From assembly GCA_964349525.1 (NCBI GenBank), contig CAYGGI010000003.1, positions 1 to 35,662 of the forward strand: a stretch of 35,662 nucleotides of DNA, given 5' to 3'. Below, piece after piece: positions 8,277 through 16,846 of this stretch. The translations under genes were made by a program, and so were the position numbers. The DNA is from an uncultured Candidatus Saccharibacteria bacterium (GTDB lineage Bacteria > Patescibacteriota > Minisyncoccia > Phycocordibacterales > PALSA-1337). A model generated the notes under the pieces. The model saw only the letters and a list, made by a program, of their open reading frames with translations. It had not been told where the DNA came from and made no database searches. Position 1 is the first letter of the stretch; every line of letters begins with the position of its first letter.

Positions 8277-9542
8277 TTACTTGAGCTTCGATCGTCGTAG
8301 AAACGCCGGTACTGCACCCCAATCATCATCCTCATCTATGATGGGCTTCACCTCCTTTTTATCATCCCCACCAACTGGTTGACTCATCTTTTCCTTTATA
8401 TCTTTCATCGGTGCAGGAGTAGAGACATTATTAAAAATCCTTCGGCGCGGTTCTTCTTTTTCCTCTACTTTTTTATCATCTCGCTGTTCATTTCTTTTGT
8501 CATCTCGAGTAGGCGCGGCATTTGTAGAGCCAAAAGTTGCAGGTTTAGTTGCGCCGGCCATTCCAGGTAAAGGATTCGGAAGAACTCCTTCGGGGAATCC
8601 TGCGGCAATGACAGTGACTTTCACTTCATTCTTCTTCAATTTATCATCTCGCACCGTACCGAATATAACTTTGGCTTGAGGATCGATGGACTCGGTAATG
8701 ATCTTCGCAGCATCCTGGATCTCGAACATTGTGAGGTCTTCGCCACCGGCGATGGAGAAGAGCACGCCCTTTGCGCCATGTATCGATACATCCAATAGGG
8801 GCGAATTGATCGCTAGCTTCGCAGCCTCTATAGCGCGGTTTTCACCCGTTGCTGTACCGATACCCATGAGGGCTGATCCAGCGTTCTCCATAACTGTGCG
8901 TATATCGGCAAAGTCGATGTTGATGATTCCGGGAGTAGTGATCAAATCAGAAATCCCCTCAACGGCCTGTCGTAGAATCTCATCGCAGATAGCAAAGGCA
9001 TTTTTTACCGTCGTGTTTTTATCAATCGTAGAAAGGAGTCGGTCGTTCGGAATGACGATGATGGCGTCCACTTCTTTTCGCAATTCCTCGAGTGCTGTCT
9101 CGGCGACATGTGATCTCTGCTGTCCTTCGAAGAAGAAAGGCTTGGTCACGACAGCGACGGTCAGCGCCCCGAGCTCCTTTGATGTTCGTGCCACGACGGG
9201 GCTCGCGCCGCTTCCCGTGCCTCCACCGAGCCCACATGCGACAAAGACCATGTCTGCGCCCTTTATAGACTCCTGCACATCCTCCTTTGTTTCTTCCACC
9301 GCGCGCTTGCCCATCTCGGGATTCATCCCGGTGCCGAGTCCGCGGGTCAAACTTTTTCCGATATGAATGCGCTTCTTTGCAAGAGAATGATGGAGTTCCT
9401 GCGAGTCGGTGTTGATAGTAATAAAATCAACGCCTTTGACTTTGGAATTGATCATGTGGTTGACGGCGTTCTTTCCGGAACCTCCGACTCCGATGACTTT
9501 GATTCTCGCGAATGCTTCTATGTCTGGCGTGATGTTGGGCAT
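8277..9542 (-). CDS. ftsZ: cell division protein FtsZ
   Basis: IKVIGVGGSG, GGGTGSG tubulin signature, IDFAD, C-terminal VPAFLRR core peptide; start at MPNITPD (9542). Confidence 0.98.
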   Translation of the reverse strand: MPNITPDIEAFARIKVIGVGGSGKNAVNHMINSKVKGVDFITINTDSQELHHSLAKKRIHIGKSLTRGLGTGMNPEMGKRAVEETKEDVQESIKGADMVFVACGLGGGTGSGASPVVARTSKELGALTVAVVTKPFFFEGQQRSHVAETALEELRKEVDAIIVIPNDRLLSTIDKNTTVKNAFAICDEILRQAVEGISDLITTPGIINIDFADIRTVMENAGSALMGIGTATGENRAIEAAKLAINSPLLDVSIHGAKGVLFSIAGGEDLTMFEIQDAAKIITESIDPQAKVIFGTVRDDKLKKNEVKVTVIAAGFPEGVLPNPLPGMAGATKPATFGSTNAAPTRDDKRNEQRDDKKVEEKEEPRRRIFNNVSTPAPMKDIKEKMSQPVGGDDKKEVKPIIDEDDDWGAVPAFLRRSKLK

Positions 9543-9775
9543 GGGTGAATGTGGTAATGGGTAAATGTAATGCGGTTGATATCTACTATCATACCACTCT
9601 CGTTTTCGCGTGCAAGAGGAAAAAAACGAGGCAATACAAGGGGATTTTGGGGAAGGGGTGAGGGTCTTGGCAGGCACGGGGATATATACCCATAACGGAC
9701 CGAGCGACGGCAAGGTCAGAGTGGAGTATCGCGACGGGGATGACAAGGAATCGAACAATGAAATGCTGATCAAAA

Positions 9776-9847
9776 AAAACGCACACTGCTCCGGCATGGT
9801 GCGTTTTCTCTTTACCAAAAAAGTGACGAAAAATTGGTCACTTTTTT
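9776..9847 (+). repeat. composite two-hairpin repeat, copy 2
   Basis: AAAACGCAC-ac-TGC-TCCG-GCA-tg-GTGCGTTTT, then AAAAAAGTGACGAAAAATTGGTCACTTTTTT. Confidence 0.75.
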
Positions 9848-9855
9848 GTATGTGT

Positions 9856-9950
9856 GAAAAATTGAGACATCGTCCGGTAAGGGAGTCTTTTTGAGAGCGA
9901 AGCGGTCCAAAAAGAACTCCCGAGCGCAAGTCGACGATGTCCAATTTTTC
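9856..9950. repeat. long imperfect palindrome (REP/BIME-like) with apical GCGAAGC mini-hairpin
   Basis: GAAAAATTG/CAATTTTTC, GACATCGTC/GACGATGTC, GGGAGT-CTTTTTG/CAAAAAG-a-ACTCCC; GCGAAGC at 9897-9903. Confidence 0.7.
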
Positions 9951-10052
9951 CCTATACCATGATTACATCATAAAAAATTCGGTTGTATAATTGCAAAGAT
10001 TTTTACAAGTAGTATCCTTGTCTCATTATTAGTAATTCTAATGTAAAAAACC

Positions 10053-10310
10053 ATGTATGAAACAGAACCAAAATATTTTGCAGAATTTAGAAAGAATCTT
10101 GATCAGAGACTTGATAGTCAGGATGAACAGCTCGCGAAAGTATCAGAGGATGTGACAATCTTGAAGCAAACTGTTGTCGAATTGAAGGAGGATGTTCAAG
10201 GAATTAATAAAAGACTCGATATTCACTTTGATCGAAATAAAATCGTCACTGAAAAAGTCGGTGATCTTGAACGACGCACCAAGATATTAGAGACGCACGC
10301 TTTCGCGTAA
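10053..10310 (+). CDS. small coiled-coil hypothetical protein
   Basis: heptad pattern (LDQRLD, LKEDVQGINKRLD, LERRTKILE); oriented opposite to ftsA and ftsZ, between them. Confidence 0.7.
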   Translation: MYETEPKYFAEFRKNLDQRLDSQDEQLAKVSEDVTILKQTVVELKEDVQGINKRLDIHFDRNKIVTEKVGDLERRTKILETHAFA

Positions 10311-10334
10311 TTCCATCTCTCAAACTTACTAGAC

Positions 10335-11498
10335 TTACGGGAGGAACTGCTTCACCCAGCTCACGATAGCCTTCCACATCTTTACGAAAAAGAGATTGGA
10401 GGTATCGATCGGCTTGTCTTCGTCGGTATGCGTGCCGAGGATGCAGAGCCCGTAGGCCACTGCCCATGTCGAGTCGCGGAAACTGCGCTTCTCATCACCG
10501 CCGAGATTGACCGAGCCGATGCGCGAGGGAAGACGGAGGGCGACTTTCGCCATATCTTCAATATTATTAAGTCCCGAACCTCCGCCGGTGATGATGATGC
10601 CGGCAGGCAGGAGACCGTTTCTCCCGATCTTTTTCAGATGAGCCTCAATGAGTTCGAAAATGTCAGAGAGTCGCGCGGAAATAATTTCCTCGAGTTTCTT
10701 GCGCGGATAGGAACTGCCCGTGATCGCTCCTATCTTTATCTGTTCAGCTTCCTCGAGCGGAACTTTGAGGCCGAGGGCGATGTCATTGGTAATATCCGTC
10801 GAGCCAATGGGGAAGATCTCGAGCGAGACGGGAACATTGTTTTCGAAGACTGCGATCGAGACAGTTTCTGCTCCGATGTTCGCGAGGATACAACCGGCGA
10901 TCTTCTGGGTCTTCGACAGAGTAATGAGGCTCGCGGCGATAGGCGCGGCCACAACATCCTCGACGCTCACTCCGGCTTCTTCCACTGCCTGGATGATATC
11001 GTTGAGGTGATGCTCGAGGCAAGTGATATAGAGCATCTTGACTTCAAGTCTGCTACCCTTCATTCCCTCGGGTTTTCCGAGCGCAACCTTGCCATCAATT
11101 TTATATGAAAGGGGGACGCTGTTGATTATTTTCTTGTTAAGAATAGAACTTGAGGGAATGTCTTTTTCACACTGCTCTGTCACTTTTTTAATATCAAGCG
11201 CGGTGATCTCGAGATCGGCGCGGGAAATGATAACCGAGCTTGTTGAAACAATACTTCCGAGGCCGATACCGCCGATTGCCACGAAGGCTTTCTTGACCTT
11301 CACTCCAGCTTTCTTTTCAGCATCAGCGAGGGCGTATTTAATGCTCATTGCGACGTCGGGCAGGTTGACGATGTATCCGTGTCGAAGACCACGAGATTCA
11401 GCTATACCCATGCCGAGGATTTTTTGAGTGCCATTGGTAATAACCACCTTAACATTGTAGGTGCCGATATCGATACCGGTGATGATGGAGCGCGACAT
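10335..11498 (-). CDS. ftsA: cell division protein FtsA
   Basis: GIDIGT, NIGAET, ITNDIA, GIIITGGGS actin-like motifs; C-terminal amphipathic helix. Confidence 0.96.
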   Translation of the reverse strand: MSRSIITGIDIGTYNVKVVITNGTQKILGMGIAESRGLRHGYIVNLPDVAMSIKYALADAEKKAGVKVKKAFVAIGGIGLGSIVSTSSVIISRADLEITALDIKKVTEQCEKDIPSSSILNKKIINSVPLSYKIDGKVALGKPEGMKGSRLEVKMLYITCLEHHLNDIIQAVEEAGVSVEDVVAAPIAASLITLSKTQKIAGCILANIGAETVSIAVFENNVPVSLEIFPIGSTDITNDIALGLKVPLEEAEQIKIGAITGSSYPRKKLEEIISARLSDIFELIEAHLKKIGRNGLLPAGIIITGGGSGLNNIEDMAKVALRLPSRIGSVNLGGDEKRSFRDSTWAVAYGLCILGTHTDEDKPIDTSNLFFVKMWKAIVSWVKQFLP

Positions 11499-11511
11499 TT
11501 TTATGAGCGAC

Positions 11512-11865
11512 TCAAACTCCGAACTTTTTCCGGAATTGAATCTCTATATGTTCCATTGTACTACCATGTTCGTATCCTTTCAAATGTACACATCCGTGGA
11601 TAAAGAGGAAACGAAGGAAATTTTCATAACTCCTGTCAAATTTCTTGGCTTCCGTGCGCGCTTCGGAAAGGCAAATATAGATTTCTCCTTCTTTTTTTGA
11701 AAGTGGAAAAGAAAGAATATCGGTCGGTTTATTTACATTCCTATAAATTAAATTTAACTTCTTAATTTTTTCGGCAGTAATAAAAGCAAAAGAAAGATCA
11801 TACTCCTTTCCGAGTACGGCTTCTTTCATCTTCTCAAATTCCTTTGTCCTATCCGCGCGTACCAT
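11512..11865 (-). CDS. ybeY: rRNA maturation endoribonuclease YbeY
   Basis: LN..YR...PTDILSF and HGCVHLKGYEH motifs; TAATG overlap with the rpsU stop codon. Confidence 0.93.
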   Translation of the reverse strand: MVRADRTKEFEKMKEAVLGKEYDLSFAFITAEKIKKLNLIYRNVNKPTDILSFPLSKKEGEIYICLSEARTEAKKFDRSYENFLRFLFIHGCVHLKGYEHGSTMEHIEIQFRKKFGV

Positions 11866-12110
11866 TATCGAGAAAAACGAGATGTTTTCTCCGCCATTTT
11901 ACCCATCTTTATGAGTTCCATAACCTCTGCTTTTCGTCTGATAGCCTTGAGGGTCTTCATCTTGGTTTTGTATGAGGACAGATCGCGCTGGTGGTAGCGG
12001 ATACTGCGGACACGGGGAAGAATGCCGGCGCCCTGCACTTTCTTGGTGAATCGGCGCAGTATTCCAAGCCCATTTTCCGTGCCGTTTCGTATTACTTCTG
12101 CATTTATCAT
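11865..12110 (-). CDS. rpsU: 30S ribosomal protein bS21 (CPR-type)
   Basis: basic 81-aa protein with E....LRRFTKKV...GIL...R..RY pattern. Confidence 0.78.
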   Translation of the reverse strand: MINAEVIRNGTENGLGILRRFTKKVQGAGILPRVRSIRYHQRDLSSYKTKMKTLKAIRRKAEVMELIKMGKMAEKTSRFSR

Positions 12111-12148
12111 AGTGGGGAAATACTAACATATTGACCCAGAGAGCGCAA

Positions 12149-13420
12149 CTATTTTTCGAGTTTCTTCATATATTTCGGTAGTTCGGTAATCGGTACAATA
12201 TCTTGCGCATGCGTATCGATATTTCGCACAATGGCAGTTTTCTCGATCGCTTCCTTTTTACCCATAATTATGTAGTAGGGAATATGTTGTTTCTCCACGA
12301 CGGAAACCTGCGCACCGAGGCGGTCTTTGGCGAGAGAAAGACAGAGTGGAATCTTGACTTGGCGCAGACTTTCAATAATGCCTAGGCTCAAGAGTTTCGA
12401 CTCGAAGCCGAGCTGGACAAATGAGGCAAAAGGCTTCTTGACCTTTTTGAGCTCTCTACGGAGTTCAGGGCGATTGCCCTTTATGAGGAGCGAAATGCCG
12501 ACACCCTGCGTCTCCCGCTTCATCGAGATTTTCTTCGAGAGACCGTTGTAGCGGACACCGGTGGCGAGAATCTTGTGCTCGCCATTTTTCTTGCCTTTTT
12601 TTTCATAGTCGAGGTTGGTGATAGAGAAGACGGTCTCGGTGCAGTATTTACGGTTGCCGATGAGATGATTGTTGATTTTGTAGGGAATCTTGAGGACTTC
12701 GAGATGTTCGAGGACTTCTTCAAAATGGGCACGGCTGGCTTCAGAGAGGAAATTCATCGATCGGGGCGCGCTCTCGTTGATCTTTTTGCACTTGTCGTTC
12801 TGACAGCCTAGGAGCGTAAAAGGATCTTTTTTAAGAAGCTCGCGACATTCCGTATGCATGTCATTGATATGCTTGCGATAATAATTCCCGAGGTCGCGGG
12901 TGAAGCGGGCGATCGAGTCCTTGTCCCCAATACTATTGATTTCTACGCCGATATTCGTGTAGCCTTCCTCCGCGAGTATCATTCGCGCTGTTTCGATGAG
13001 CGTGGCTTCGGCGATACTCCTCGAGTTCCCGATAATCTCGAGGTCGCAGTAACGATGATAATCAGCACTTTTTTTAAGTGAGCCTTTAAAAGGTTCTTTG
13101 AAATAGAGGAGAACGGGCTGGGAAAGGTTATAGAGGCTTTCTTCCTGGTACATATTGAGGAGGGCAATTTTTTCTTCGACATGGAGGGGGAGACGAGCTT
13201 TGTTTCCTTCCTCGTCATCGATAGAGTCGCCCTCGAGAAGTGTTCGCGCTTGATCGATATCACTCTTCTTTATGCTCGGACTTTGTCGTGGGGTGAAGCC
13301 GTAGTAGACAGGGATTTCCCCTATTTTATCGAGGTGTGAATAGGAAATGTATTCGATTTTCTTCTCGCTTTTCTTTTTCTTCTTTTCTATGTGAATTTTT
13401 TTAATCGTGCGTTTTGGCAT
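12149..13420 (-). CDS. histidyl-tRNA synthetase-like protein with degenerate catalytic motifs and C-terminal anticodon-binding domain
   Basis: EINSIGD, CRELLKKDPFTLLGC, YKINNHLIG..KYCTETVF, GVRYNGL and class IIa anticodon-binding-like C-terminus; canonical motif 2 and RGLDYY absent. Confidence 0.8.
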   Translation of the reverse strand: MPKRTIKKIHIEKKKKKSEKKIEYISYSHLDKIGEIPVYYGFTPRQSPSIKKSDIDQARTLLEGDSIDDEEGNKARLPLHVEEKIALLNMYQEESLYNLSQPVLLYFKEPFKGSLKKSADYHRYCDLEIIGNSRSIAEATLIETARMILAEEGYTNIGVEINSIGDKDSIARFTRDLGNYYRKHINDMHTECRELLKKDPFTLLGCQNDKCKKINESAPRSMNFLSEASRAHFEEVLEHLEVLKIPYKINNHLIGNRKYCTETVFSITNLDYEKKGKKNGEHKILATGVRYNGLSKKISMKRETQGVGISLLIKGNRPELRRELKKVKKPFASFVQLGFESKLLSLGIIESLRQVKIPLCLSLAKDRLGAQVSVVEKQHIPYYIIMGKKEAIEKTAIVRNIDTHAQDIVPITELPKYMKKLEK

Positions 13421-13422
13421 GG

Positions 13423-13980
13423 CTATCTTCCGGGAAAAACTGCAACTTTCGAAACGGGCCACAGTCGCAGGAACGGACGTCCGACGATAAACTTCCTTTC
13501 GAGAGGCCCCCAGACGCGTGAATCAGAACTCTCTCGTCTATTGTCTCCCATGACGAAGTATTCTGTGTCGCCGAGGGTTACGGTGAAGTCATCCATTCCC
13601 TTACGCTCGTCTCCAACATGGGAATCATCAATCTCGATACCCTCTGGATACTCCTTATTCACAATAGTCACATGTTTATTTTTCAACGTCAGTGTTTCGC
13701 CTGGCAAACCAATGATGCGCTTGACGAAAAAAACGCTTGGATTGAGGGGATATTTGAAAATGATGACGTCTTCGCGTTGCGGCTCGTGGAAATGGTAGGT
13801 CAATTGATCGACGATGAGGTACTGGCCGTTACTGAAGGTTGGATCCATCGAGGCACCGCTCACAATGAAGGGCTGGGCGACATACATGCGCAGGGGAATG
13901 ACGATGACGAGCGCGATAAGAGTGAATTTTACAATTTCTTTCAGAAAATTTTCTTGTGGTACTGTAGTTTCAGGTTGCAT
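13423..13980 (-). CDS. lepB: signal peptidase I
   Basis: GASMDPT (Ser), FVKRIIGLPGE (Lys), MGDNR..SSDSR.WG. Confidence 0.95.
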   Translation of the reverse strand: MQPETTVPQENFLKEIVKFTLIALVIVIPLRMYVAQPFIVSGASMDPTFSNGQYLIVDQLTYHFHEPQREDVIIFKYPLNPSVFFVKRIIGLPGETLTLKNKHVTIVNKEYPEGIEIDDSHVGDERKGMDDFTVTLGDTEYFVMGDNRRESSDSRVWGPLERKFIVGRPFLRLWPVSKVAVFPGR

Positions 13981-14044
13981 TTGACCCAATTATAGTCTAC
14001 AAAATCATTTGACACAAGATTTAAATGTATGGCACAATGCTCAC

Positions 14045-14629
14045 ATGCCTTACATCATCGCAGGTCTCGGAAATCCGGGAGAAGAATACGCAGGAACACG
14101 CCATAATACTGGCAGAAGCATACTCATGTCGCTCACCGATGAGGAATTTTCTTTTGATAAAAATTCAAACGCCCTCATTTCCGAGGTAAAAATAGGAAAA
14201 GAAAAAGTGAAATTGATCGCTCCGGAGACTTTTATGAATAATTCCGGAAAGTCTGTCGCATATTTCGTAAAAAGCATAAAATCCGCAGAAAAACTCGTCG
14301 TTATCTACGATGATTTCAATTTACCCCTCGGAAAAATCAGGATTTCATTTAATAGAAGCTCGGGAGGACATAATGGTCTGGAGTCTATAATCAAAGCAGT
14401 AAAGACCGAAGCTTTCTTGCGAATAAGAATCGGTGTTGCGCCAGAAAAGAAAGACGGAAGCGCAAAAACCCCTCATGGTGATGAGAAAATCGAGAAATTT
14501 ATCCTCGGGAAATTTAAAGATGATGAGGTGAAAGAATTAAAAAAGGTAGGAAAGCGGGTGATAGAAGGTATAGAAACCTTAATTAAGGAAGGGAAGGATA
14601 AAGCGATGAGTGTTGTGAATGGGGGATAA
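14045..14629 (+). CDS. pth: peptidyl-tRNA hydrolase
   Basis: GLGNPG..Y..TRHN, P.TFMN.SG, SSGGHNG, RIRIGV. Confidence 0.95.
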   Translation: MPYIIAGLGNPGEEYAGTRHNTGRSILMSLTDEEFSFDKNSNALISEVKIGKEKVKLIAPETFMNNSGKSVAYFVKSIKSAEKLVVIYDDFNLPLGKIRISFNRSSGGHNGLESIIKAVKTEAFLRIRIGVAPEKKDGSAKTPHGDEKIEKFILGKFKDDEVKELKKVGKRVIEGIETLIKEGKDKAMSVVNGG

Positions 14630-14634
14630 CAAGA

Positions 14635-15732
14635 CTACTTCTTCTCTCCAATATACGAGAGTGCCATCTTTTGCTCCTTTGTATCGAAGAGAGTGATCTT
14701 GAAGTTGTAGTTTTTGCCGAGCTCGAGCGTCTTCCTTAGCTTTTCCTCTGAACCGAATTCAGAGACATGGACAAGTCCCGCGACGCCTTCCTCTATAGAT
14801 GCGAGAGCGCCATGCTTGTTGAATTTAATGATAACACCCTGGACTGGCATATCCTTCTTGTATTTCTTTCCGGCTTCAACCCAAGGATTTTCCTTGAGAG
14901 CTTTCATTGAGAGAGAGATTTTACCTTCTTTGATTTCAATGATTTTTACTTTGACTTTCTGGTCAACCTTGAAGAGTGTGCGAGGATCCTCGACGAGCGC
15001 CCAGTCGATTTCGGAAATATGAACGAGTCCTTCGAGACCGTCTTCTATCTTCACGAATACTCCAAAATCCACAATTCCTGTAACAACGCCACCCACATCA
15101 TCTCCGACTTTGTAATGTCCGATGATTTTTGCCTTATCTTTGGCCTCAGGACTCTTTTCAGAGAAGATTAATTTACCCTCTTTTGGAAGAGCGGAAATAA
15201 TAGAGACAGAAATTTTCTTACCAATGAGCTTCTTGAGTTCCTCGAGAATCTTGTCCTTATCGCCATCATCGACGCGAGGATAGTGCTCGGTCTTGAGCTG
15301 GGACGCAGGAAGGAATCCGGAAATGCCCTGCCATTGAATAATGAGCCCGCCTTTGTTGGCTTCGAGAACAGGGAGGTCGAGAATAGTCTTGTTAGTAATG
15401 GCGGTTTCGGCTTCGCTCCAGATGAGCGCCTGTCGAGCTTCCTTTAATGAGAGCTCGATGTAGCCGTCTTTGTTATCAGTATCGACGACTTTCGCTGCGA
15501 TAACATCGCTAATATTGAGCTTCTTGATAATATCGCGGGCAGTAATGAATTCCTTGCCGTAAATAATACCTGTTCCAAAAGGCGCGAGGCTGATGTAGAC
15601 CGCCGCCTTCTCTATGTTGATAACTGGTCCTTCTACGAGATCTCCGATAACGGGGGGATTCTTTGTCTCAGCGAGGAGACGGTCCATGAGGGTCTCTATC
15701 TTAGGCTCTACAATTGTATCTTTTTTAGTCAT
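14635..15732 (-). CDS. rpsA: 30S ribosomal protein S1 (short form, four S1 repeats)
   Basis: repeated S1 motifs (GFLPASQL, DFGVFV..GLVHISE, GLVHVSE); start at MTKKD. Confidence 0.88.
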   Translation of the reverse strand: MTKKDTIVEPKIETLMDRLLAETKNPPVIGDLVEGPVINIEKAAVYISLAPFGTGIIYGKEFITARDIIKKLNISDVIAAKVVDTDNKDGYIELSLKEARQALIWSEAETAITNKTILDLPVLEANKGGLIIQWQGISGFLPASQLKTEHYPRVDDGDKDKILEELKKLIGKKISVSIISALPKEGKLIFSEKSPEAKDKAKIIGHYKVGDDVGGVVTGIVDFGVFVKIEDGLEGLVHISEIDWALVEDPRTLFKVDQKVKVKIIEIKEGKISLSMKALKENPWVEAGKKYKKDMPVQGVIIKFNKHGALASIEEGVAGLVHVSEFGSEEKLRKTLELGKNYNFKITLFDTKEQKMALSYIGEKK

Positions 15733-15739
15733 ATATATG

Positions 15740-15790
15740 GACACGATCCGCTTTTTAGCTAATAAAATAAAAGGTGCGGGGTTACGTGTC
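15740..15790 (-). promoter_or_regulatory. rpsA 5' leader hairpin (candidate autoregulatory r-leader)
   Basis: GACACG/CGTGTC, CCGC/GCGG and TTTTA/TAAAA stems between promoter TAGACA-N17-TATAGT and the ATG. Confidence 0.5.
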
Positions 15791-15846
15791 GGACTCCCAC
15801 TATAGACGATAATTGTCTTTTTGTCTATTACTTGTATAATGTACCC

Positions 15847-16485
15847 ATGATTATCACGTATTTCGGAGCGGAATTCTTTAAAGTCCAATTCGGCGACATC
15901 ACGCTGGCTTTCAATCCCATTTCGAAAGATTCGAGCCTCAAACCCTCGCGTTTCGGCGCGGATATTGTCTTCGTGAGCGCCCTTCATCCTGATTTCAATG
16001 GCATTGAGCAAGTCACGCATGGCGACAAGAAGCCTTTTGTTGTAAATGGCCCCGGTGAATACGAGGTTAGGGGAGTTTTTATAAAAGGCTTGCCCTCAGA
16101 GTCCCTTTTCGGTGGTGAACAACTCGTCAATACTATATATACAGTATCTCTCGAGAACATGAACATCTGTTTTCTCGGAGCGCTCAACACTCCTGAATTA
16201 AAAAATGAAACCATCGAAGCTCTCGACGAAATCGACATTCTCTTTGTCCCGATCGGCGGCAATGAGAAAGAGCAGGGCGTCCTCGAACCCGCAAAGGCTT
16301 ACAAACTGGCGATCTCTCTCGAACCAAAGATTATTATTCCCATGCATTACACCGATGCCACTCTCAAAACCTTCCTCAAGGAAGCCGGAGAAAATCCAAA
16401 GCCAGAGACGAAACTGACCATTAAGAAAAAAGATCTCGAGGGCAAGGAGGGGGATGTTATTGTGCTCGAGTCATCGAAGGAGTAG
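15847..16485 (+). CDS. metallo-beta-lactamase-fold protein (Lactamase_B_3-like), degenerate metal site
   Basis: GPGEYEV, DILFVPIGG and PKIIIPMHY motifs; HxHxDH replaced by ALHPDF. Confidence 0.82.
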   Translation: MIITYFGAEFFKVQFGDITLAFNPISKDSSLKPSRFGADIVFVSALHPDFNGIEQVTHGDKKPFVVNGPGEYEVRGVFIKGLPSESLFGGEQLVNTIYTVSLENMNICFLGALNTPELKNETIEALDEIDILFVPIGGNEKEQGVLEPAKAYKLAISLEPKIIIPMHYTDATLKTFLKEAGENPKPETKLTIKKKDLEGKEGDVIVLESSKE

Positions 16486-16511
16486 GAAAAATTGAGATAT
16501 AATTTACGCAC

Positions 16512-16805
16512 ATGCTTCACCACGTCGAAAACCACATAGAAAAAATGAGAGGCAAGCCCCACCATGTGAAAAAGCAATACGCTTTTTCCGTCTCACTCGG
16601 AGTCACGGCGATCATCTTTGTTTTCTGGCTTGCGTCATTCGGTGTTGGAGCGTCCCGCGATGTAGTGGCGAAGAAAGTAGAGTCACCAGTGAGTGCTATG
16701 ACAGCGAGTGTCAGCGACGCCTTCAAATACGCAAAGGAACTCTTCTTTGGCGCGAACAAGACGACATATTCGTCGGATAACGTGGAGGTGGTAGGGGGGA
16801 AGTAG
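16512..16805 (+). CDS. small single-pass membrane protein
   Basis: basic N-terminus followed by one TM segment. Confidence 0.7.
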   Translation: MLHHVENHIEKMRGKPHHVKKQYAFSVSLGVTAIIFVFWLASFGVGASRDVVAKKVESPVSAMTASVSDAFKYAKELFFGANKTTYSSDNVEVVGGK

Positions 16806-16846
16806 TTTTACTTTTCTTTTTAACTTACTAGTTATATACTTACGGT

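Noticed and set aside
9610..9894. 94-aa + strand ORF between ftsZ and ftsA
   Set aside because: GTG start without support, and the 3' half crosses the hairpin repeats; at best a gene remnant
9543..9944. 134-codon N-terminal extension of FtsZ in the ORF track
   Set aside because: It runs through palindromic repeats and has no protein-like character; FtsZ homology begins at MPNITPD (9542)
8379..11427. Long antisense ORFs over ftsZ and ftsA (and likewise over gyrA, the ABC-F gene and uppP)
   Set aside because: Antisense shadows of well-supported genes; no motifs or expression signals
15733..16020. N-terminal extension of S1 in the ORF track
   Set aside because: It overlaps the divergent MBL gene and promoters; ATG 15732 follows a clear promoter and leader
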